Part shown: positions 24,741 to 32,000 of the stretch, piece after piece
How the letters are laid out: each line of letters starts with the position of its first letter
How positions within the stretch are numbered: the stretch's first letter is position 1
DNA from: Pseudomonas sp. GCEP-101
GTDB taxonomy: Bacteria; Pseudomonadota; Gammaproteobacteria; Pseudomonadales; Pseudomonadaceae
Direction: 5' to 3'
Assembly (NCBI RefSeq): GCF_025133575.1
Contig: NZ_CP104011.1
Coordinates: 3,138,965 to 3,170,964 of the forward strand
Length of the DNA stretch: 32,000 nt
Translations under genes and position numbers: made by a program
The notes under the pieces: model-generated
What the model was told of the DNA's origin: nothing
The model's database searches: none
What the model saw: the letters and a program-made list of their open reading frames with translations, nothing else

Positions 24741-25922
24741 ATGCTCTACATCCGCACCGGTAAGCCCGGCCACGGCAAAACCCTCAACACCATCCGCGAA
24801 GTGGACGCCAAAGCCAAAGCCGAAGGCCGCATCGTCTACTTCCACAACGTCGCCGGCCTCAAGCCCGAGAAGCTGGAGGCGGCCTGGTTCGAGTTCGAAG
24901 ACCCGTTCAAATGGTACGAGCTGCCCCAGGACGCAATCATCGTGGTGGACGAGGCTCAAGGCTGGTTCGGCGCCCGCGATCCGCGCAACCGCCCGCCGGA
25001 GCACATCACCCGCTTCGAAACCATGCGCCACCAGGGCCACGAAGTGCATCTGGTGACGCAGGACCCGCGCTATATCGATGTCCACTTGCGCCGCCTGTGC
25101 AATGGGCACATCCACTACTGGCGGGTCTTCAAGAGCCAGCAACTGCTGCGCTTCGAGTCCGAGGCGGTCATCGAGGCAGTCGAGAAAAAGACCTCCTTTA
25201 AGGACGCCGACAAGACGGTCATCAAGCTCGATAAGAAGTACTTCGGGGTTTACACGAGCACCCAGGCGCAGCACCACTTCAAGTTCAAGCCGCCGAAGAA
25301 AATGATCCTGGCGTTGGCGGTGATCGTCGGCGCCGGCTTCATGGTGTATCGCGCCTTCGAGCGCTACCAGCAGGGCAGCAAGCCGGCAGAAGCGGCGGCG
25401 ACCACCATCGCACCGAAGGACCAGCCCGGCATGGTCGATCAGGCCAAGTCGATGGTGGGCTCGCTGATCAGCCCCAGCGGCGGCGAAGCCCCGAAGGCGG
25501 TCACCCCCGAGCAGTACATCGAGCAGCGAAAACCCCGCATCGCGGATTTGCCAGCCTCGGCCCCGGTGTATGACCAGCTCAACACCCCGGTCAGCAAGCC
25601 GCGCATCTACTGCCTGTCCACCAGTGATCCCAAGCTGGTGGAGCGGCGACCGCCGGAGACGGTGAAGAACGGCCAGTCGTGCCAGTGCTACACGCAGCAG
25701 GCGACCAAGTTCGCGACCAGCTTCGAGTTCTGCATCAGCGTGGCGCGCAACGGCTACTTCGATCCCACCTTGCCCGACCGAGGCACCGGCCCTGACGCGC
25801 GCATGGCGCAGCCGTCACCTCCACCCCCGATCTACCCGAGCGCTCAGCCAACGGCCAGCAATGAGCCCAGCGGGCCCACGGTGACGGTCATTCCCTATGA
25901 GAAAGGCAAGTTCTTGTGGTGA
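24741..25922 (+). CDS. Zot-like assembly ATPase (g1p)
   Basis: Walker A GKPGHGKT, Walker B IIVVDEAQ, a central TM helix (ILALAVIVGAGFMVY) and a periplasmic C-terminal domain. Confidence 0.9.
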   Translation: MLYIRTGKPGHGKTLNTIREVDAKAKAEGRIVYFHNVAGLKPEKLEAAWFEFEDPFKWYELPQDAIIVVDEAQGWFGARDPRNRPPEHITRFETMRHQGHEVHLVTQDPRYIDVHLRRLCNGHIHYWRVFKSQQLLRFESEAVIEAVEKKTSFKDADKTVIKLDKKYFGVYTSTQAQHHFKFKPPKKMILALAVIVGAGFMVYRAFERYQQGSKPAEAAATTIAPKDQPGMVDQAKSMVGSLISPSGGEAPKAVTPEQYIEQRKPRIADLPASAPVYDQLNTPVSKPRIYCLSTSDPKLVERRPPETVKNGQSCQCYTQQATKFATSFEFCISVARNGYFDPTLPDRGTGPDARMAQPSPPPPIYPSAQPTASNEPSGPTVTVIPYEKGKFLW

Positions 25923-26064
25923 GCCCGCCAGGGCCGTTTTGCGGTTTGAGCCGACGTAGGAGGCCACCCGCAAACGGCCCGGCGGGGCGCGGCCGACGAC
26001 CCTGTAACACGTCGGATAACCCACTGAGCACAGTTTCGTTTCGTATCTATTTGGAGTGTTTCCA

Positions 26065-27360
26065 ATGACCAAGCCACAGCATCAAGTTCGCGTCACCCTC
26101 AAACCCGGTGGCGAAATTTACGAGTCGCCCGAAGGGCGTTTGTTCTTCGACGACAAGCTGGCCAAGTTCACCGATCTATCCGGCGTGCGCCTGCTTCGTT
26201 GCGGGGTGGACACGGTTCGGCAGCTCTACAACGGTCTGATCCGCCCCGAGATAATGGCGATCTTTGATGAGCCGGAAGACATTGTGGAGTTCGCCGGTTA
26301 CCAGTGGGCCAAGGGCAGGGTAGGGCGCGATTCCGGTTACCAGTACCGGCTACAGAACGCAGATATGGGCCTGATCCTGCTGATCAAGAATCACAACGTG
26401 AAGCTCGAAAACATCGGCCCGCACCTCAAGATTGAAGTGTCTCCGCACGCCCTGGATGGTGCCGATCCTTCGATCCTGCAAGGCGTACTGGATGACCTCG
26501 CCGCTGGTGTGCTTGCCGCCTGCGAAGTGAATCAGTGCGCCGTACACCTCGCACTCGATGTGCAGGGCTGGACGCCTTCCAGCGACCTCGTAGAGCGTAT
26601 GCGTTGCCGTTCGCACCGGGTGCGCCAGATCACCGGTATCGACCGTATCGAGTTCGACGGTAACGCCTCGGTATACGGGCGTGGTGAAACCTTCATGTTC
26701 GGCTCGGCCAACGGCCTTCAGCTCTGCATCTACAACAAGACGCTCCAGGCCCGGAGCACGGACAAGCTCGACTACTGGGAAAACGTTTGGGCATCCCTCA
26801 ACGGCGATCCTTTCGGCGATGGCGAGCCCGCCTATAACCCGCTGGAAACGGTGTGGCGCATCGAGTTTCGCTTCCACCACTCGGTAGTACAGCAGTTCTC
26901 CGAAGGCTCCCGGATGGCCTCTGGTGAGGTAATCGGCTGCCGTACCTACTCGGGTCTTTGCCCGCATCTGCAAGGACTGTGGGAATACGCTTGCGACAGC
27001 TTCCGCCTGTTGTTGGATAACCCCAAGTGGTTCGATCCGTTCTGGTCGCTGATCACCCTGGATACCAAGGTGCAGGTAGAGGCCGATCCGCTCATTGAGC
27101 GCACGGAATACCGCCGCTACTACAAGACCGCTCAGGGCTTTTCCGGCAAGAACTGCGAGATGTTCCTGGGACAGTTCGCCAGCCTTATTGCACGGGAGCG
27201 CGTACCACCAAAAAAAGCCCTTGAGGTCGGGAGAACGCTTCCCTTCTGGCATGTGATTGAAGATCACTACACCGCCAAGGGCTACAGCACTCGCGACCTC
27301 GAACGTCACATCATTGGGCTCATCAACGACCGGTACTTGAAGCGGGGGTACGCGATCTAA
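26065..27360 (+). CDS. Replication initiation protein (gene II/X family, PA0727-like)
   Basis: ggag lies 8 nt before ATG 26065 (the track starts at GTG 26056). 431 aa. Synteny places it between zot and int. The family call comes from position and size, plus RIEFRFHH-type blocks. Confidence 0.8.
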   Translation: MTKPQHQVRVTLKPGGEIYESPEGRLFFDDKLAKFTDLSGVRLLRCGVDTVRQLYNGLIRPEIMAIFDEPEDIVEFAGYQWAKGRVGRDSGYQYRLQNADMGLILLIKNHNVKLENIGPHLKIEVSPHALDGADPSILQGVLDDLAAGVLAACEVNQCAVHLALDVQGWTPSSDLVERMRCRSHRVRQITGIDRIEFDGNASVYGRGETFMFGSANGLQLCIYNKTLQARSTDKLDYWENVWASLNGDPFGDGEPAYNPLETVWRIEFRFHHSVVQQFSEGSRMASGEVIGCRTYSGLCPHLQGLWEYACDSFRLLLDNPKWFDPFWSLITLDTKVQVEADPLIERTEYRRYYKTAQGFSGKNCEMFLGQFASLIARERVPPKKALEVGRTLPFWHVIEDHYTAKGYSTRDLERHIIGLINDRYLKRGYAI

Positions 27361-28342
27361 TGAGCATCACCAAGCTCCCCGATGGCCGTTGGTTTGTTGA
27401 TGTCGAGCCGATAAAGGGAAAGCGTTTCCGGAAGCGGTTCAAGACCAAAATGGAAGCGCAGCAGTTCGAGGCCAACGCGCGCCAGAAGTGCGCCGAGAAT
27501 CCGAGTTGGACGATTAAGCCCAAGGATCGCCGCAAGCTCTCCGAGCTAGTCGAACTTTGGTATGAGCTTCACGGCCAGACCCTTGCCAATGGCAAGCGCT
27601 GTGTGGCGATTCTGCGGCTGATAGCGAAGGACCTGGGTGACCCTATAGCGGCAACTCTGGAGCCGGCCAAGTGGCCCGTGTGCGCTCCTTGCAAGTCGCT
27701 AAAGGCATGTCGGGCAAGTACGCCAACAACCGCCTTGGCTACCTCAAGTCGATGTACAACGAGCTACGACAGCTGGGGACCATCGACTACGAGAATCCCG
27801 TTGGACGCATGCGTCCGTTGAAGCTGCAGGAGAAGCCGCTGTCATACCTGACCAAGCATCAGGTTTCAGAGCTGCTGGCCGCGCTCGATGCCCGCACTAC
27901 GTCGCCGCATCCGAAGATGGTCGCTCGCATCTGCCTCGCAACAGGTGCTCGATGGGGAGAAGCTCAGGCTCTGACACCGGAGCGGTTGAAAGGCAATACG
28001 GTCATCTTCGCCAACACCAAGTCTAAGCGTGTTCGCTCGGTGCCAATCTCCGAAGCCTTGGCCAAAGAGATTCGTCAGCATTGGCAGGCCCATGGTCCGT
28101 TCACCAACTGCCTCGGCGTGTTTCGCATCCTGCTGCTGTCCACGTCGATCAAGCTCCCGAGAGGGCAGGCCAGCCACGTGCTACGCCATACGTTCGCTAG
28201 TCACTTCATCATGAACGGCGGGCACATCGTGACGTTGCAGCACGTTCTGGGGCATGCATCACTTTCGATGACTATGCGGTATGCTCATCTATCGGAAGAG
28301 CATTTAAAAGATGCAGTATTGTTGAATCCACTCCTGCGTTGA
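27360..28342 (+). pseudogene. Tyrosine recombinase (Pf integrase) interrupted by a -1 frame change near 27665..27675
   Basis: The N-terminal SAM-like part occupies frame 27360..27821. The catalytic part occupies frame 27671..28342, with R (ATGARWGEA), HVLRHTFAS, and LGHASLSMTMRYAHL with the catalytic Y. Joining across gccaagtggcccgtg restores a continuous integrase. Confidence 0.8.
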
Positions 28343-28388
28343 TTATGATGCGTCTGAAGTCTATATCGTGAAATAGTAAATCCTGTTC

Positions 28389-30218
28389 ATGGAGCGAATG
28401 GATATGAGTGCTGAGTTTGCAAGTCTTTCTGTAATCATTCGTGCGGCTTCGCCATTAATTAAAGATATTTATAATGGTGCAAAGGGGGAGGTTAAAAAAT
28501 GCCTCGAGAAATGGGGGGCGAGCTCGTTTCCCTCAAATCTGTCAGACAGTCTAGAGTATCTTGATTCGGTCAGAACTATTTGGAGTCCTGAGAAGAACGT
28601 TTCGTTGTCTGGGTTTTATTACCCTAGTAAGTTTGATATCAATGGTTGTGCGACAGAGGTGTGTAGAGTAACTGATCTTGGTAAGGGGAGTGTGGTAGTT
28701 CAAGGAATTGTTGGGCAGGGAAAGTCAGTATTTCTCAGGTATCTCGCGATCCAGGAGATATTAAGCTCTGATCGGCCAAGGATGCCTGTTTTTTTGGAGC
28801 TGAGAAGGCTGAGTAAGTCGTTTGGGTTGCTTGACGGGCTGAAGGCAGTACTATCCAGTTATGATTTAAGTGCGACGGATGAGGTTTTTAAGTATTTGGC
28901 TGAATCGGGGAAGATTGTTATTTTGCTCGATGGGTTTGATGAGCTTGATTCTGAGGTGGTTAAGGATACAGCTATAGTAATAGAAGGCTTGGTAAGGGCG
29001 TATCCTGGTTTGCAAGTAGTGGCTACGTCTAGGCCGCGAAACGAAATCCAAAAGATGAGCTGCTTTCGGGTGATGGATATATTGCCTTTGGAGAGTTCTG
29101 ACTATGCTGGATTTTTGGGTAAACTTGGGGTTGATGTTGTAAAGGCTCATTCGATAGTTGAGGCTATAGAGTCCAGTCCGAGTAAGGTCTCCGAGTTGAT
29201 TAGTACGCCGTTAATGCTGACTCTGGTGGTTTTTGTATACCAGTCTGAAAATCACATCCCAGCAGAGCTTCCGGAGTTTTTTGAGCGCCTCTTCTATACA
29301 GTATTCACTCGGCACGATAAATTGAAGCCGATATTTGATCGTCAGCACTATACGAAGTTGTCAGAGCGGAAGCTCCAAAGCTTATTTGAGGCGTTCTGCT
29401 TCATGAGTATGCAGTTAGGCAATGGTAGGTCTCTGAGCTCTGCTCAATTCTCGAAAGCATTTGATTTGGCGCAAGAGTATACGGATGGATCAGATTGTTA
29501 TGAGGTTGATTTTCGAAACGACATAACAAAGGTTTCTTGTTTGATGCTTGAGGAAGGGTTCGGCGATGTGACTTTTCTTCATAAAAGTATTGCTGAATAT
29601 CATGCTTCGGCGTTTGTTAAGAATTCGGATGATGTATTTGCAAAGCGATTTTACGAGCACGCGGCGAAAAACTGGTCTATGTGGGAGGCGGCTCTTTCTT
29701 TTTTAAAAGTTATAGATTCCTATCGATTCGCTAAGTATTTTGCTGTGGAGCAACTGATTGGTGCTATAGCGTTGGCAAGGTTGTTAGACTCTTGTGTGGA
29801 TGCGGTTAGCTTTGTTCGGTCTCTTCCAGAGTCGATGGGAGGGTTGTCGGCTAATTATGAGCAGACTTTTGATCCAGTCTATTTTTCCTATGAAAGCGTG
29901 GGTGCATGGACTGCGCCTGATAACTATTATGATGAGGATTTGGTGGATGTTATAACGGATGTTATTGCTGAGATAGTTCCAGACTCTTTGTCGGTGCATG
30001 AGATTTCAGAGTTGCGTAATTCTGGCGTTCGAGTGCTGGGGGTTGATGAAGACCTTATTGAGATTGGTCTTATAGATATTTTTAAAGTGTGGGGGTTTGA
30101 AAGGGTTAAAGAGAGTGTTGCTCAGCATTTGGCTGATCTTATTGTTCGGCTGGATCAAGCAAAAGTTCTTGCCGAGAAATTAGACAAGCGTGTGTCAATC
30201 TTTGATAAGAGACTGTAG
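28389..30218 (+). CDS. NACHT/STAND NTPase (bacterial NLR-like), right-end prophage cargo
   Basis: Walker A GIVGQGKS (aa 106-113), Walker B IVILLDGFDEL, then VVATSRP. A helical C-terminal region of about 260 aa follows. AT-rich. The likely true start is ATG 28404 (ggag 8 nt upstream). Confidence 0.8.
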   Translation: MERMDMSAEFASLSVIIRAASPLIKDIYNGAKGEVKKCLEKWGASSFPSNLSDSLEYLDSVRTIWSPEKNVSLSGFYYPSKFDINGCATEVCRVTDLGKGSVVVQGIVGQGKSVFLRYLAIQEILSSDRPRMPVFLELRRLSKSFGLLDGLKAVLSSYDLSATDEVFKYLAESGKIVILLDGFDELDSEVVKDTAIVIEGLVRAYPGLQVVATSRPRNEIQKMSCFRVMDILPLESSDYAGFLGKLGVDVVKAHSIVEAIESSPSKVSELISTPLMLTLVVFVYQSENHIPAELPEFFERLFYTVFTRHDKLKPIFDRQHYTKLSERKLQSLFEAFCFMSMQLGNGRSLSSAQFSKAFDLAQEYTDGSDCYEVDFRNDITKVSCLMLEEGFGDVTFLHKSIAEYHASAFVKNSDDVFAKRFYEHAAKNWSMWEAALSFLKVIDSYRFAKYFAVEQLIGAIALARLLDSCVDAVSFVRSLPESMGGLSANYEQTFDPVYFSYESVGAWTAPDNYYDEDLVDVITDVIAEIVPDSLSVHEISELRNSGVRVLGVDEDLIEIGLIDIFKVWGFERVKESVAQHLADLIVRLDQAKVLAEKLDKRVSIFDKRL

Positions 30219-30253
30219 CTTCTCCACATGGGAGGGGCGAGGTAATGTTTTTC

Positions 30254-30271
30254 TCGACACTTTTTCGACAC
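30254..30271. repeat. 18-bp motif tcgacactttttcgacac (right arm copy)
   Basis: Identical to 16609..16626. About 63 bp inside attR. Confidence 0.5.
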
Positions 30272-30284
30272 CTTACCGGCGTCC

Positions 30285-30324
30285 AAAAAGCAAAACCCCC
30301 GAAACGCTAGGCATTTCAGGGGTT
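30285..30324 (-). terminator. Phage-supplied terminator hairpin now following the intact tRNA-Gly
   Basis: Stem aacccccgaaa/tttcaggggtt (one mismatch). On the minus strand it is followed by ttttgcttttt. Confidence 0.55.
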
Positions 30325-30334
30325 CGGCAGGGTG

Positions 30335-30366
30335 TTCTGGAGCGGGCGAAGGGAATCGAACCCTCG
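30335..30366. repeat. attR: 32-bp direct repeat overlapping the tRNA-Gly 3' end
   Basis: Identical to 16486..16517. Confidence 0.85.
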
Positions 30367-30411
30367 TCATGAGCTTGGGAAGCTCAGGTAATGCCATTAT
30401 ACGACGCCCGC
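30338..30411 (-). tRNA. tRNA-Gly (anticodon CCC)
   Basis: The reverse complement reads GCGGGCGTCGTATAATGGCATTACCTGAGCTTCCCAAGCTCATGACGAGGGTTCGATTCCCTTCGCCCGCTCCA. It has a 7-bp acceptor stem, anticodon stem TGAGC/GCTCA with loop TTCCCAA, a GGTTCGATTCC T-arm and an encoded CCA. Confidence 0.95.
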
Positions 30412-30507
30412 TTGGGGGTGCCTTTTTACCAGAAGGGCGAGGCTTAGTGAAGCCTTCTGCGGTCAGGCGTGCCGAGCGGGTGGCTGGTGTGAACAGGCTG
30501 GCGCATG

Positions 30508-30546
30508 GAAAACCGGGGGCGGAAGGTCTGGGGCCGGCCCCCGGTT
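30508..30546 (-). terminator. Possible terminator after phaG
   Basis: 9-bp stem aaccggggg/cccccggtt, followed on the minus strand by only ttttcc. Confidence 0.45.
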
Positions 30547-30562
30547 GTGGGCGCAGGCTGCA

Positions 30563-31456
30563 TCAGCCCACCATGGCGGCGATGGGGACGCCCTGGCTGG
30601 TGGGCAGGTACGGGTTGGCCAGCACCGGGTGGCGTTGCGGCTGGAGGAAGCTCAGGAGGGCGTCCTGGGTTTCCTGCCAGGCCTTCTTGTGCTCCACGTC
30701 GATGAAGTGGCCGGCGTTGCGGATGGTGCGGAACTCGCAGTCGCGGATCAGTTGCTGGAACAGCTTGGCCTCGGCCGGGGTGGTGTAGATGTCCAGCTCG
30801 CCGTTCATGAACAGCAGGGGGATGTCGATGGCCGCGAACTTCTCCATGTAGCTTTCCGCGCTGAGCTTGAGCACCTGGCAGACGTGGAAGTGCATCTGCC
30901 GGTATTCATGCTCGTCGAGGCCGCTGACGTGGCGGAAGTTGTAGCGCTTGAACAACTGCGGCAGGTACTGGCCGATGGTGTCGTTCACCAGGTTGCCGAT
31001 GTTGGTGCGGTCGCAGGCGGACAGGTAGTCCAGGCCGCGGTGCAGGTAGTCGAGCATCGAGGCGTTGAGCAGCGGCGAGAAGGAGTTGATCACCGCCTTC
31101 TGGATCCGCGCCGGGCGCTCGGCCAGGGCGAGCAGGGTGGCGACGCCGCCCCAGGAGAACGACATCACCACGTCGGCGCGGTAGTGCTCGATCAGGCCCA
31201 GCAGCAGCTGTGCCTCGTACTCCTTGGTGATGAACTCGCGGCAGTCGTTGTGTGCGCGGGACCGGCCGGCGTACGGCTGGTCGTAGCAGACCACGTTGAA
31301 ATGCGGTTGCAGGTATTTCACCGTTTGCGCGAAGGAGGCGGTGGTTGCCAGCGAGCCGTTGACCAGGATGATGGTCTGGCGCGCTTCCCTGTTGGCGTGG
31401 AACTCCGTGTGTACCCGATGTTGCTGAATCTCGACGACGGCGGTTTCCGGCCTCAT
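30563..31456 (-). CDS. phaG: (R)-3-hydroxyacyl-ACP:CoA transacylase PhaG (RhlA-related alpha/beta hydrolase)
   Basis: SD ggagga lies 7 nt before ATG 31456. MRPETAVVEIQ..., IILVNGSLATTASFAQTVKYLQPHFNVVCYDQPYAG, MSFSWGG and GNLVNDTIGQYLPQLFKRYNFRHV match PhaG of P. putida and P. aeruginosa as recalled. Confidence 0.85.
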   Translation of the reverse strand: MRPETAVVEIQQHRVHTEFHANREARQTIILVNGSLATTASFAQTVKYLQPHFNVVCYDQPYAGRSRAHNDCREFITKEYEAQLLLGLIEHYRADVVMSFSWGGVATLLALAERPARIQKAVINSFSPLLNASMLDYLHRGLDYLSACDRTNIGNLVNDTIGQYLPQLFKRYNFRHVSGLDEHEYRQMHFHVCQVLKLSAESYMEKFAAIDIPLLFMNGELDIYTTPAEAKLFQQLIRDCEFRTIRNAGHFIDVEHKKAWQETQDALLSFLQPQRHPVLANPYLPTSQGVPIAAMVG

Positions 31457-32000
31457 GTCGTATTCCTCCAGACGCAGGTCATGGTGCGCACCCACCATCG
31501 GATGCGAAGAAAGTACCCAGGCAGAGGAAAGCGTCTTGACGTGACAGCTTCATGTCACTCGACGAAAGTTAACAATCTCTTGATTTTCAACTGGTTGGAG
31601 CATCAATGGGCACGATTTCCGGCGCCGGTCAGGACGCGGATTCGGGCTATTGATCAGGCAGGGAAGGGGCGGCGTGGGGAACGGCGTGCCGCGAAAAGCT
31701 GTATTGGATGCAGCGTGTGACTCATTGGTCACGCTTGAGCCAGAGTTAAGCAGCACCGTTCCGCCGGCGCAACCGTCATCGCGTGCTTGAGTCACATCGG
31801 TGGTGCGAATTCCGACGAAATGACATTTCTCCGCGTATTTGTCCGGCGCTTTGGTGAAGCCGGATTACACTCTTGGGATAGCTGTTATGCCCCTTGCCGA
31901 AGACGAGCGATCACGCCGTGCTCCCCCTGAGGCCGATACCGCGTGCGGAGCGGGTCCATGGCACTTCACCCAAGGTTCGTCACACCGCTGGTCCTTGCCC

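Larger units (their letters stand above)
16486..30366. mobile_element. Pf1/Pf4-like filamentous prophage (Inoviridae) with AT-rich cargo at both ends, integrated in tRNA-Gly(CCC)
   Basis: Bounded by a 32-bp direct repeat derived from the tRNA 3' end. Contains the full syntenic Pf gene set (repressor, xis, g5p, pfsE, coaB, g3p, g6p, zot, rep, int). Confidence 0.9.

Noticed and set aside
30545-31720. 391-aa plus-strand ORF and 30369..30788 ORF near phaG and the tRNA
   Set aside because: One is antisense to phaG, which matches PhaG/RhlA blocks. The other reads through the tRNA gene. Both have shadow composition.
31887-32000. Possible start of a plus-strand gene (ATG 31887, MPLAEDERSRRAPPEA...)
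   Set aside because: It is truncated by the window edge, has no SD or recognisable motif, and cannot be supported.

Overview
High-GC (about 65% by eye) Pseudomonas chromosome, P. aeruginosa-group-like. It carries a roughly 13.9-kb Pf1/Pf4-like filamentous prophage (Inoviridae) integrated into the 3' end of tRNA-Gly(CCC), next to phaG. A 32-bp direct repeat bounds the element (attL 16486..16517, attR 30335..30366).

The Pf core is recognisable: repressor, excisionase, ssDNA-binding protein, PfsE-like peptide, major coat CoaB, g3p-like minor coat, g6p-like protein, Zot-like ATPase, Rep and tyrosine integrase. Two visibly AT-rich cargo modules flank it:
- Left end: two Hanks-type Ser/Thr kinases plus a PP2C phosphatase (KKP-like), preceded by a previously unlisted 31-codon ORF.
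- Right end: a 609-aa NACHT/STAND NTPase with no recognisable effector domain.

The integrase and the g3p-like gene are each split by a -1 frame change. This means either a decaying, grounded prophage or indel errors in the assembly.

The chromosomal part (1..16.4 kb) encodes:
- two GGDEF diguanylate cyclases and an OprD-family porin
- RidA
- a RiPP-like cluster: secreted EGKCG-repeat/EF-hand protein, DUF692 (MNIO), DUF2063 and Ohr
- a REP-rich intergenic region
- DoxX, a membrane protein, and an OmpR/EnvZ-type two-component system, divergent from DUF2790 and a DipZ-like thiol-disulfide oxidoreductase
- a Phd/ParE toxin-antitoxin pair

Many long overlapping ORFs in the track are high-GC shadow frames and were rejected. 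All family assignments come from motif reading and recall. No searches were run.
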